Assembly: GCF_018977255.1 (NCBI RefSeq)
Contig: NW_024704743.1
Span: 92,258,001 to 92,322,000 of the forward strand
Direction of reading: 5' to 3'
DNA length: 64,000 nt
Source of the DNA: Callorhinchus milii
Lineage: Eukaryota
Shown: in pieces, positions 13,863 to 26,220 of the stretch
Layout of the letters: each line of letters opens with the position of its first letter
How positions within the stretch are numbered: the first letter of the stretch is position 1
The notes under the pieces: model-generated
What the model was told of the DNA's origin: nothing
The model's input: only the letters and a program-made list of their open reading frames with translations
Database searches by the model: none
Position numbers and translations under genes: made by a program

Positions 13863-14283
13863 ACAACAACAACAAAATTACATTTATATAGCGCCTTTCA
13901 CTTTGGGAGGACATCCCAAAGCGCTGGACAGACAGAGTTTTGGCCCCGAGCTGGGGGTCGGGGTCGGGGAGGGTGGAGGGAGATTGAAAGCATGGTCGAA
14001 GAAGAGGGTCTTGAGATGGGTCTTGAAGGTGGTGAGGGAGGGGGTGAGGTGGAGGGACAGTGGGATGGAGTTCAGAGGGTGGGGGTAGAGTGGTAGAAGG
14101 TCCGCCCACCAATAGTGGGGTGAGCGAGGCAGGGTCACATGAAGCAGGCCAGAGCCTGCTGAGCGGAGGGAGCGAGCAGGATGGTATGGGGTTAGAAGGT
14201 CGCAGAGGTAGGGAGGAGCAAGACAATTGAGAGCTTTGAAGGTAAGGTCCAGGATCTTGAACTGTATCCTCTGTGTGATGGGA
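13863..14283 (-). mobile_element. 5'-truncated L2 (lineage A)
   Basis: (caa)n tail, stem-loop, peptide RIQFKIL..TFKALNCLAPPYL..LL.PY.PARSLRS. Confidence 0.92.
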
Positions 14284-14605
14284 ATTTGATATAGCACATT
14301 TGATATATGCTCCCTTTCACATTGGGAGGACGTCTCAAAGTGCTTCACAGGATTCAAACATGGCAGCCAATTTTGCACTGCAGCAAAGTCTACAAACAGC
14401 CACAAAGTGAATGCCCAATTTTATCTGGGGGGATTGTTGGCCAGGGTTATAGGAGAAACTTCATTCTTTTTTTGAATAGCATCCTTTGGGATTTTTAATA
14501 TCCACCAAAAAAGGCAGAAACAGGACCTTGTGTAATGTCTCATCTGAAGGACAGAACTTCTCACAATAAAGCACTCCCCCAGCACTGCACTGGAGTGTCA
14601 GCCTA
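14284..14605 (-). mobile_element. Deu-domain SINE (type B), 5'-truncated
   Basis: Reverse complement of the Deu core and L2 tail. Confidence 0.8.
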
Positions 14606-15736
14606 AGCAACATGAGTCCCAAGGTACACTAAGATACGTGCACTTGTAAGAGAAGCACACATAGAAAAAGAGAATGATTTACCAAATCATTTTACAGGCA
14701 CCATCGGATTTCCTGTTTAATCCTTAAATGTGCTGCTCATAATAAAAGTGAACTATCAGAACTTCCAATAAGATTAGTTTCTGGCCATAGAACTGCCCGA
14801 AGCTAGTTTAATAAAGTGTTCTTAGTGTATTATTATAATATTACAGCATCGGTTCATAGTATCATAATAAAGCACATTGCCTGGAGATTTTGAAGGATGA
14901 TTTAGTGTAATTATACCACAACATCCAGCAGGTCTTTTCAAATTAATGCTGCCCATGCTACTGAATTACTATAAAGTAACTAATATTCCACTAATACTCC
15001 TCAGCACAAGCTTGAAGATGCAGCTGCACGGCGGTGAGCCTGCATTTACATAGCATCCAATGTATGACGTGGAAATTAAGAAATCTGAAGGCAGGAAACA
15101 TTGTGTGGGGTGATGCTTAATAGTGTGTTTGATGTGATAATTAGCGCAATGAACACATTATGAAATGCTACTAATTTCACCCCATAGAATGCAGAACAAC
15201 ATTTTCAAAGGATTAGCTTCCTGCTTTGCAGCTGGTGGGAGAAACACAATTCAGTTAATGTAAATGGAATGTCTTTTGCAATGTTCTTGAGCAGATAATG
15301 GGGCAACTGAGCTGTATTGAAGTCCACATATTCTTAAGAAAGTGTGATTTTGTGCTGACGGACAGCTCGCACCTGTTGAGATAATAACACAGCAAAACAA
15401 GCATCTTAAAAGCATCAAGCAAAGCATTTATGTCAATGTAGAATACATCCATAGCGCATTAGAGAAAGCTGAAATTGTTAAAAAAATGCTTAAAAAGCTG
15501 GGAAATTTTAGCAATTATCGAGAAGATGAGCAAACACATGCCAAAGCAGCAGGTTATGTAAATCTGAGGAGCAAATCACATTGTTCTTTAATTAATCAAT
15601 GCAGTTTATTGGCTGGCTGAAAATTGTAATCCAAATCTGTTTCAAGACGGTTGGACTCCCTCCCCCTCTCCCGCTCGCCCCCCACACCCTCTCCCCCCCA
15701 CCCGCACCCCACACACAGACACATACATTTAAAATT

Positions 15737-16162
15737 AATCCTTGAATTTGATGTAGTACCTTATCATGTCGAGACATCTCAAAAGAGCTTCACAGGATAT
15801 ATTGTGAAGTGGATTGACTGTTTATTTTGTGAGTGAATTGCGGCAGCCAGTTGCACACAGCAGTGTTCCACGAACAGCCATGGGGTGAGTGATAAATTTT
15901 ATTTGGGGGATTGTTGGCTGTGACTGCAGGAGAATCTCCCCTTTTCGAATAATACCATGGGATCTTTAACATCCACATAAACAGGCAGACGGGACCTCAG
16001 TTTAGTGTCTTATCCGAAGAAGGGGCACCTCTGACAATACAAAACATCTCTAGCACTGCATTGGAATTTCAGTTTAGATGATATGATTCCAATTCCTGAT
16101 GTGAGATTTGAACTCACAACCTTCTGACTCAAAGGTGAGAGTGCTACAACTGAGCCAGGCTG
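15737..16162 (-). mobile_element. Full-length Deu-domain SINE (type B)
   Basis: tRNA-like head at 16105-16162 (reverse of 'gcctggctcagttgtagcactctcacc..gagtcagaaggttgtgagttcaaat'), Deu core, L2 tail. Confidence 0.88.
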
Positions 16163-16352
16163 GTACCCAAATATTCGGTCTGAAGCCATTTATTGAAAGA
16201 AACTTTTGCTGTGTTGGATTGGCATTTGCAGCAGCGACCTCAATTCTTTTATTAGATCCAGAGACAGTTTTTCAGCCCACAAGTAAGGGGTGTGGACGCA
16301 GAGGTACTACATCCCCCAAACTGAACACAAGTCATAGAAGGAAGCCACGTGT

Positions 16353-16770
16353 TGGCCTAAAGCAATTGGTATCACTTTTGTCTCAGTCAAAAAGTTGTGA
16401 GGTCAAATTCTACAATGGGACTTTGAACATATCGTCCAAACTGGCATACCAAAGCAGTGCTGGGGGTGCACTGCATTATTGGAGATACTGTCCTTTAGTT
16501 GTGATGTTAAACTGAGGTCCCATCATCTCTTCAGGTGGACATTAAAGATCACATGGCATTATTCAAAATCAAAAGGGTGTTTCCCCTGATGTCCGAGCCA
16601 ATAATTCCCCATGTAAAATGGGTCATTCACTTCATGGCTATTTATGCGATATTGCTGTGATGGGATGGCTGCCATGTTTGTCTATAAAATACAAGTCACT
16701 ACACTTCACAGTAAATCCTTCGAAGTCTTCGAGACATCCTCCTAATGATACATCTATTGCAATTATTACT
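16353..16770 (+). mobile_element. Deu-domain SINE (type B)
   Basis: 'gatgttaaactgaggtcccatc..caggtggacattaaagatcacatggcattattc' Deu core. Confidence 0.82.
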
Positions 16771-17391
16771 AATGGCCATCTTCATCTTTCTTGGAGACCA
16801 GTTACAGTCCACAGGGTTTCTAAAACATTGCAGATGTTACTGTTTCATACAAATATAAATCAGATTTCCTCATATGTCACTGGTTGAGGCACCAATTGCA
16901 CAGGTACAGCTGGATGGCCCTTGTGTTAGTGGTAGTTTTGTTCCATTAAATAGCCCTAGTCGATAACTCCTCTGGCAGCAATGAGCCCACAGCAGTAGCA
17001 CAACCAGGAACCTCTGGCACTGATCCATGGACATCAATGGTAAGGCAGAAACTCCCTTTTGTTTTTGAATACCTTCTGTATTTCATGAATGCCCACGGTT
17101 AGCTATTCAGCTGCCCACCAGTGCTAGTTTGTCAACCAGGGGATCAAATAATAAGTCACATAAATACCCAGCAAAGACAACGTCAACATGTACAAATAAG
17201 GCAAACAAAGAAAGATAATGGACATTGTTGTTTTCCTGCCAAAAGTGTCTGGTGCCCTCTGAGACACATATACCTGCCAACAACAACAAAATTACATTTG
17301 CAAGGCGCCTTTCATGTCGGGTGGTGGGGGACGGGGGCATCCTGAGGCACTGAACAGTTGGGGATCAGGACCTGAGCTTGGGGGGTGCAGA

Positions 17392-18331
17392 TGTTAGAAT
17401 TTACACTTTTTGTATAATGTTAGAATCATAAAAGTTGTTGCGAATGGGTTAACTTTTAAGTTAAGTGTGGGGGGCAACTGGACTGACACTCACAATTAAC
17501 ACTCAAGAACAACAGAAGGCAACCCTCAAGAATAGCAATTAATGAGCAAGTTGCTTAAACTAGAGGGCCTTGGTACCATCCCGGGATACTGATAAGAAAT
17601 AACCAGTCACTTAAAAGGAATGTACTAATGATCCCACACCACAAAATAATGAGCACGAGATACAGTCCTAACCTGATCAATCCTCTATCTTAGACAATTA
17701 GATCAGATAAAAGGGGTCTTAAGGACAATGTGTATGTGGGCTGAGGCACGTACACCCCATGAGGTGTTCACGTGAACCCAGTATGATTTCAACCTGGTGA
17801 TCTAACGTCCGCACCATGATTGGGCGAACATCGGTATAAGAGTTCCAATAACTTTGTGTACGGGGCCGTCCCGGGTCGTGGAGACAAGGGTACGGGAGAT
17901 GGGGCCATCCCGGGCTGCGGAGACAAGGGTACGGGAGATGGGGCCATCCCGAGCTGCGGAGACAAGGGTACGGGAGATGGGGCCGTCCTGGGCTGCGGAG
18001 ACAAGGGTACGGGAGATGGAAGCTAGAGCTAGAAACACTAAGACTGAGGATATCAGATGGAAGATTGAAAGCTGTAAGCAAGAAGACTGAAAGCATGAAG
18101 AATCAAGCTTGTGTGCTGGAAAGACACAGTGTTGAACTCGAGATATCTACGGTGGTATTATTCTGTTGTAAGATCTGTTGATTGTACTGGCCTTTGGTCT
18201 GACCCATCGGGATATTGGGGAATAACGAACGAATAATAATAAAACAGTCTGATATCTGGTTAAAGGAATTAGACTTTAGTTGCTTTAGTCGTTATTTCCT
18301 AACAGATTATGGGTGATTTTATTTTCTAACA
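17392..18331 (+). mobile_element. Solo LTR (Gypsy- or ERV1-like), 940 bp
   Basis: TGTTAGAA...TTCTAACA inverted termini; 4-bp flanks CAGA/CAGG; ATTGG at 17819, TATAAG at 17835, AATAAA at 18238; cleanly interrupts an L2. Confidence 0.85.
17862..18017 (+). repeat. Tandem repeat, 4 x 39 bp, G-rich
   Basis: Unit ggggccRtcccgggctgcggagacaagggtacgggagat at 17862, 17901, 17940, 17979. Confidence 0.97.
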
Positions 18332-20683
18332 CAGGGTTGGGGTGAGGGAGTACAGAGAAGTAGGAGGGCGGCTAAAGGCATAGTCGGAAAGGTGGGTCTT
18401 GAGTTGTGCCTTGAAGGAGGCAAGGGAAGGAGCAAGCTGAAGGGAGGAGTTTGCTGAACGAAGGGAAGGATAGGTTGATCAGGGGTCAGCAGGTCAGAGA
18501 TGTAGGAAGGGATAAGGCCGTGGAGGGCCTTGAAAGTGAGGATGAGGATTTTGAACTCTATCCCCTGAGGGATGGGGATCCAGTGGAGTTGGGCGACGAT
18601 GGGGGTGATGGGGTCATAGACTCTTGTGCAGGAGAGGACACGAGCTGCAGAGTTCTGGATGATCTGCAGCTTGTGGAGGGAAGAGTTAGGAAGGCCGACA
18701 AGGAGGGAGTTTCCATAGTCGAACCTTGAAGAGGTATGAGGCTTTTGGCGGCCTGAGGGGTGAGGCAGTGGCGGAGCCGGGCGATGTTGCGGAGGTGGGG
18801 GAAGGCTGAGCGGGTCATAGCATGGATATGGAGGAGAAAGGACAGTTGAGGGTCAAACAAGATGCCCAGGTTCCTGACTGGCTTGGTGAGGTGGAGTGTA
18901 CTACCGTGGATGCTGACGCTGCCAGCGCCTGAGGTGCGGAGGCGCTGGTGCGAGCCAATTGGGAGGGCTGCGGTCCTGTTGACATTCAGCTGTGGAAAGT
19001 TGGCTGTCATCCTGACTTGATGTCTGACAGATACTACAACACCTACTTTTTTGGGTGAAAGATTTTTCTGCAAAATATGCTTCTGACGTTAACCACTCTC
19101 TCCCCAATGTGCTTGATCATCTGTTCAGTCCTGCAAGGGTTGTCTTTAACAAGCAGAATCTTTCCTCCCCTCTCTCTTTTCACTGAAGATATAATTCTTA
19201 AGGCCAGAAATACTGAGAGAAGAGTTGGGCAAATCATCTGGTGGCATGATCTCCTGACATTCATTTTTCAAAGTGTGAAGCGTATTTTATTGCCAAGTAT
19301 TGTGTTTGAATTGTAAAACAGTCTGGCAGACTGGAGCAATAAGGATTGATTGAAGGGCTTCGAAACTTCAGCTATTTAAAAAAAATAGACTCACTGCCTT
19401 GTGTCTGCTTTGATCGATAGAACGGAGAAGAGGCATGAAAGCTGAAGCAATTCCTGCTAATCAAATTACAGCTGATGGAAAATATGCTGCTATATAATTA
19501 GTGAATACCAAATACAGCACATCTTATCCCACCCACTTGGAAAAGAATGAATAAAACATAAGAGTTCTGCTGACAGAGGATCACCTTAGCTTGTAACAAG
19601 CGTGGCCGTTGGCTCATCATTAAGAAATGTCTCTTTTGTTGAAGTAGCTATCTGCATTTCCACAACTCTTGAAAGGCTAGGATAATACAAGTTCTCGCCA
19701 TCGCATTCTGTAAATAAGATCCATTTTTGGAAACACAATAAAGTCTAGGCTATGCATTATATACATTACCGTGAGTACATTATTCCCATGTTAAACAATT
19801 GAAATTGAGTTGGGTAATTGGAAAGTGTCATTAAAACCCTTACTTGTTGAGAGGGCAAGCGGAGGAGAAGAGACAAGTATGGTGGCAGTATTTTCTGCAC
19901 AGTTGGATATTCTTCAAAGCATGAGTCTTTCCAACCTACTTTATATTCTGTTCACACACCATAAATATACAGAGCAACTGCATTTCCCTTTAAAGCTCTT
20001 ATTCACAAAAACAGCCAACAATAAAATTACAAGGAATGCATATTCTTATTTAGCACCTCTTACATTTTTTATTCCCTGCTCTGTTTTTCTCATTACCTAT
20101 TCTGTTCATTCATCACTTGACTCCGGAGGTTCCAGACACTCCATTAGGACCGCAGTGCATATCCCCCAAGGTTGCCTGTGGCTGGAGGGGATTCAGTAAT
20201 CAGTGGGTGTATATATATATACAAGGCTTATACATAAGCAACAATATCTCAAGACAGACATTTCAAAGCATTTTCGGAATGAATATCTTTGAGACCCATA
20301 TATTTCTGGATCACAAAATATTACTTAATACTTGCACCTAAATTTTCTGGTGCTTTGCTATTGTAACCTCTTTCAATGTTGCAACCTTCTACAACCTGTT
20401 ACAGGTTTAGCAATCTGCATGATTGACAACAGATTTATCGAATGCACTCTGAAACAGGTAAACTTAATGGTTAATATGATGGGTGGCATTTAAGTACTGA
20501 TGGGTTTCAATTTCAATCCCAGTGATATCATTAACAATACTATTGTCGTGTAAGGATGCCACATCAATCTGATAATAGTGTGAGGGGCAGAGTCTGTACC
20601 TAGCAGGGATATTTCAGACAAAACATGAAGAATGTTTCTGGGACATTAACCAGTTCTGGGTGTGTATACATATATATTTTTCA

Positions 20684-21005
20684 TGGAGTCCTGAAGCTCA
20701 GTGGTTAGAGCACTCGCTTTGCAAGTGAGAGACCTGAGTTCAATTCCAGGCAGGGCGAAACCTTGGGCAAGTTTCCTTACTCCACACACCTAATAATAAT
20801 CCCTCCAAAACCAAAAACAATAATAAATTGGTCATTTTCAATCCACGACTGTTTGTGGGACATTGCTGTGCGCAATTGGCTGCCGCGTTCGCCCACAAAT
20901 ATACAGTCAATTCACTTTACAGTGTGTTCTGTGAAGCGCTTTGGGACGTCCTCCCGACGTGAAAAGCGCTATATCAAATGCAAAGATTATTATTATTATT
21001 ATTAT
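20684..21005 (+). mobile_element. Full-length SINE type A (short form)
   Basis: Near-identical to 5253-5589. Confidence 0.93.
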
Positions 21006-21052
21006 AGGATTAGTTTTATGATAATTCGGTGATTTATTATTGCTCTTTATCA

Positions 21053-21230
21053 AATAATAAATTGGTCATTTTCAATCTACGACTGTTTGTGGGACATTGC
21101 TGTGCGCAATTGGCTGCCGCGTTCGCCCACAAATATACAGTCAATTCACTGTATAGTGTGTTCTGTGAAGCGCTTTGGGACGTCCTCCCGACGTGAAAAG
21201 CGCTATATCAAATGCAAGGATTATTATTAT
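21053..21230 (+). mobile_element. 5'-truncated SINE type A
   Basis: 3' half of the same SINE, about 50 bp downstream of the previous copy. Confidence 0.92.
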
Positions 21231-21448
21231 AAATGTCAGGAGTTTAGACAGAATGGAATAATTTAAATAAATTGAGAATGTTACATGAATGACGGCATTA
21301 CAGAATTCCTTTGGAGTGTAAAACACCAGTTAAAAGAAACATATATATAGAAATTCTTTCAAGTATTTTTCAATCAGTGTAATATTTCAAAGATCTGTTC
21401 CTTCTGTGGTGTAATTTTTAATACACTGTCCTAGTGTTTTATGTGACA

Positions 21449-21995
21449 GGGTGAGTGACAAGCTACTGCTGAGTGGATACCCATCGTGGCCGATGAGAAG
21501 CAGTGGGGAGCCACTGTTCCTCCAGAGACAGAGCCCCCTAGAAGTGTTTGGTGTTGGAAGTAAAAGGAATTAGCGACTTTCTTCCTTGGAGGAGGTAACC
21601 ACAGTCCCCTTGGAAATTAACTGGCCCCAGGTTGACATGTTTGGCAATGGAATGTCAGAATTGAGCTAACCCTCTATGGTGGTCTCGGTAATCCAGCTTC
21701 CAAACCAGGCGAGTCTACAGTAATCCAGGGCACTGCTGATAACAGCCCAGACAGACTAGCTCAATAACAGGACCCCAGGGCAGGCCAGTCACTGGGGGCA
21801 AGGGAGTCATCCCACTCAGCTCCTGTTAATCCTGCAAGCCAAAACCTTAACCGATAGGATGATCTTAGCTGGACAAACAGTGAGAAAGCTTGCCAGGCAG
21901 CAATATCAATGGCAAGCTCTGCGGTTTTAGCTGGTTAGACTCCAGCAGTACCCCAACGCACACTCCTGGGTCCTAAGCCTCAACTCTTGCCAACG
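21449..21995. repeat. Unclassified interspersed repeat, copy 1
   Basis: Reverse-complement homology to 38740-39107 (e.g. 'ggttagactccagcagtaccccaacgcacac', 'ccagggcactgctgat'). Confidence 0.75.
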
Positions 21996-23019
21996 TGCGC
22001 CTAAAACTTTCCAGAATTAGGTAAGCAGGATATGTCCTTCCAGGAAGAGAGAGCACATTCTATTTAAGACACGAAAATTTCATACATGGAACTCTCAGTC
22101 TCGTTTGGCTACTCTTAAGCATGGTGATGGGTCAAGCTGACTAAAAAAGGAGCATACAGCGATATGAAAAATAGATTAAATGACCTCTGTGTGTTGTACA
22201 TTTAAGTAGATTTTTGGTTGTATGTCAATGCACTTTTCAAGGTAGTGTGTCCAAAACTACAGTTTTCCAAATTTCGCTACATCAATGAACAGTACAAGGC
22301 TTCAATAACATTTGTTTTTACTTGGTAAAATGGCCTTGAGATGAAATTTAGCATCTTGGCTGTCTTCACTATTCCTGATATCAAGTTGTCTCGTGCAGAG
22401 AAGATGTATTGGTTTGTGTTTCAACCATAAATCATTAAATGTTACAGCAAAATATTAACTGAAAATTACTAACTCATTCAAAACAATCCCTAATATTCTT
22501 TCTAAATTCTCCTCATGTTGCTAGTCAAAGTCTTGGTGTACAACTGGAGTCTTGGCAATCAATAAATAAGAAAAAATGAAATCGCAAGCACAAATACAAT
22601 TGTATTGCTTTGAGTGAGACTGACTTCCTGATCTCAGATATAATGTTTATTTATGCTGATTTTATTCAAACATTCAGTACAGATTTATTTCCAAAAAAAC
22701 TTCAGTGGCTTGCCGGTCTTTAATTTTAATGTTTTGTTTAGTTTACAATGTATTTATGAAATAATTTACCTGTTTCAGTAACTGAAAGAGTATTAATATA
22801 TCAACAAAAACGTAACATATATTATTATATAACATATCACATGTAAGTATAATTATTTAACTAGCAATGTTTTGCTTGTTAAATTCTGCTATTTTACAGA
22901 ATGTCTTCAGAAGCTGTACGAAAAGTCATGTGGTGGTACCTTGAGAAGAAAGTAGAAAGTCTATTTTAATAATCCTTGCATTTCATATAGCGTCTTATCA
23001 CATCATTCAGATGTCTCAA

Positions 23020-23814
23020 CAACAACAACAACAACTTGGATTTATATAGCGCCCTCCACGCCGGACGGCGTCTCAGAGCGCTTTACAGTAACGGATCCCA
23101 GGACTGAGCCAGGGGGAGGGGGAGGAAGGTGACCAAAGGCGCGGTCGAAAATACAGGTCTTCAGCAGAGACCTGAAAATGGGAAGGGAGGGAGCGAGACG
23201 AAGGGAGTGAGGAAGGCAGTTCCAGAGCCTCGGGGTATAGTGGCTGAAGGCACAGTCGCCGAGAGTGGAGTGGAGGACTCGGGGTCCGAGGAGGAGACCA
23301 GACCCGGAGGAACGAAGGCAACGGGTACTGTTTTGAGGAGAGAGGAGGTCAGAGAGGTAGGGGGGTGCAGAGGAGTGCAGGGACTTGAATACAAGAGTGA
23401 GGATCTCAAAATCGATCCTCTCTGGGATAGGCAGCCAGTGCAGTCTGGCAAGGACTGGGGTGATCGGGGAGCGGAGTTTCGTGTGGGTGAGAATGCAGGC
23501 GGCAGAGCTTTGAATGATTTAGATTTTATGGATGGTAGTGGATGGGAGATGGCAAGGAGGGCATTGGAGTAGTCCAGCTGAGAGGTGACAAAGACATGGA
23601 CCAGGGTTCCAGCAGCTTTTGGGGAGAGGTATTGGCGGAGACGGGCGATGCGTCAGAGGTGGAAGAAAGCAGTGCTGGTGAGGGACTTGTTGTGGAGGAG
23701 GAAGGATAATTGGGGGTCGAACCTGATGCCTAGGTTGCGTATGGGTTCAGAGAGTTTTAGGGGGAGGTCGAGTAGGTGGAGGAGGTGAAGCCGTGAGATT
23801 TTAGACTCACTTTT
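23020..23814 (-). mobile_element. 5'-truncated L2 (lineage B) inserted in an antisense SINE tail
   Basis: Distinct tail 'ggagggcgctatataaatccaagttgttg'; peptide EPIRNLGIRFDPQLSF; 11-bp TSD agatgtctcaa at 23009-23019 and 23815-23825. Confidence 0.92.
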
Positions 23815-25819
23815 AGATGTCTCAAAGTGCTTCACAGAATATATTGTAAAGTGGATTGACTGTGTGTTTTGTGTACAATGTATTGGCTTTGGAGCCTTTG
23901 AAACAGACAAACGTAATGCAATTTCATTGCCTCTATGTTTTGATTAACATTTCAGGTCCATCCCCTGAAAACTTTTCACTATGATGCATAATTTAAAACT
24001 CAGCTTTTAATATACATGTATTAACAAACTGCCACAATTTAAGAGTCTGTATGATTTATTTCATTGAGGCTGAAGACTCCCTGAAGAGAGCATAAGATTG
24101 TTATGACACAAGATTAAAGGAACTACTTTTTTAAGACTGGGTTCCAGTTACAGCCAGGCAAAACTCACTCAAAGAACAATCGGAAGTTAGTCGTGTTGGC
24201 TGCTGGTGTAAATATGCAGTAAAATATATAATTTGATTGCTCCATTGGTCGACATTTGGAATTAAGTTGTTTATAAAGCAGTGGAGAAGAGAAAAAAACA
24301 CATCATTTATCCAACAGGTCAAATGTACATATTTTCCTTCCATTTAACAACTAGCCCACTGTTAGGAATATAAATGTTCTTTTGCACAGAGCGCCATAAA
24401 TGAATTAAAGCCACTTTCAGTGCCTTTGCTGCAAGTGTGAGGAATCTTACAGGTAAACTGACTTTATGTGATGTATTATCATTAGGTACCTTAATTTGTA
24501 GTGTATGCAACATATTTAACAAACTATGTAACTACTGATTCACAACAAATTAGACAAAATTAGTCTGATAATATAACTAATTGGAACAGGCTTTGCAATA
24601 TAAATATTTTAATCACGTCTCAATCTAAAAGTTCCAAGTCTTCAAAATGAGCAATTACTTTATTTCTCAAGGGAGATGGTTTTGATTATAAATCAGGGAG
24701 GTGGCACTAATCATGAACAAATGTAAATACCAAGCTGCGGATCCATGTATGGAATTACTTTATTTGTAATTTAAGATGCGCTTGGTATCAGTTTCTTCTT
24801 GTAAATTATGTGACCCATCTTGACCGTTTTATTAGCAGCAGTAAAATTCAAACAAGAGACACTAAAGTGAGATGAATATATAGATCACCATGAATTCAAA
24901 TTTAACAATTCATGATGTGCATTTCAATTAATAACTGTAAATTTAACTTGTAATAATTGTGGTAAATGTATCTAACAGTGGTTATAATTTGTGAATGTTT
25001 AGTAGTTGCTTTGCATTCTAACAAAAGAGCGTAAATATCTTCAGATTTTGATTACACTTAAGTAAAAACAGTAGGAGTATGTTCAGAGATCACAGGTGCT
25101 TCTGGTACCAGGAAGAATTAGTAAGTGTGCAGCCTCCTTCAGTGCCTTTCACTGCAATAAATCCTAAATTCACATGCAAGCCAGATATTAATCCTAAAAT
25201 GCCACCTCCCTCTCTTTTTTCACTCTGAACAGCAAATCACAATAACTGGAAGATGTTGCAAAATTGAAGTGTCTTGTGATCTTGGCCAAGTCCCAGCAAA
25301 AGAAATAAGATTTGTTTTAAGCAGGAATAGGACAAAAAGGAGAATGGTTAATTAATCCCACTGTTGTTATTAACAATGTTTGTCATTAACTCTGTGCTAC
25401 ATTGCAAGTGGCAGCTTCAGTGGGACAACGTAAGCAAAAACAAATCATAATAGATTGTGATGGTGCTAGGGTTTAGTACTCAATCACTCGGGTTGAAAGT
25501 AGGATACAGTATTCATAATTTGAAAGTCTCTGTGCTAATAATGAATATCTCATTTCCAGCCCCACTATGCTAAGAGAGGAGCATTAATCTAAATAAATTG
25601 TGGCATGCTTTATCACATCACCAAGACATTCCAAACTGCTTTACAAGATTTTACTGTGAAGTGTAGTGTCTATGTTTTGTAGACGAACATGGTAGCCATT
25701 TTGCAAACAGCCATGTCCCACAAACAGCCCTGAAATGATTGACCAATTTTAACTGGGGGATTGTTGGCAAGGACACCAGGAGAAACTCCCTTCTTTTTTT
25801 GAATAGGGAGTGATAAACC

Positions 25820-25968
25820 GAGAGAGAGAGAGAGAGAGAGAGTGTGTGAGAGATAGAGAGTGTGTGATGGAGAGAAAGAGTGTGAGAGAGATAGAGAGAG
25901 AGAGACACAGAGAGAGAGAGAGAGAAAGTGTGTGAGTGACACAGAGAGAGAGAGTGTGTGAGAGAGAG
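25820..25968 (+). repeat. (GA)n/(GT)n compound microsatellite
   Basis: Direct inspection. Confidence 0.97.
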
Positions 25969-26220
25969 ACCTGGGCTCGATTCCCGGCAGGGTGAAACCT
26001 TGAGCAAGTTTCCTTACTCCACATGCCTGATAATAATCCCTCAAAAAAAACTGGTCATTTCAATCCACGAATGTTTGTGGTACACTGCTGTGCACAATTG
26101 GCTGCCGCATTTCGCCCACAAATATAGTCAATTCACTTTACAGTCTATTCTGGGAAGCGCTTTGAGACGTCTAGAAGACGTGAAAAACGCTATTTCAAAT
26201 ACAAGGATTATTATTATTAT
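25962..26220 (+). mobile_element. SINE type A lacking the A box
   Basis: Starts 'gagagacctgggctcgattcc', ends in (att)n. Confidence 0.9.

Larger units (their letters stand above)
17278..19031 (-). mobile_element. 5'-truncated L2 (lineage A) interrupted by a solo LTR
   Basis: Tail at 17278; sequence resumes colinearly at 18332; peptide NFPQLNVN..IGSHQRL..KPVRNLGILFDPQLSF. Confidence 0.9.

Noticed and set aside
17862..18017. CRISPR-like array
   Set aside because: The units are contiguous with no unique spacers, and the context is a eukaryotic LTR.
17719..18096. Six overlapping repetitive ORFs
   Set aside because: Artefact of the stop-free 39-bp tandem array.
25651..26044. Ser/Leu/His-rich ORFs
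   Set aside because: Translation of the (GA)n microsatellite and SINE sequence.
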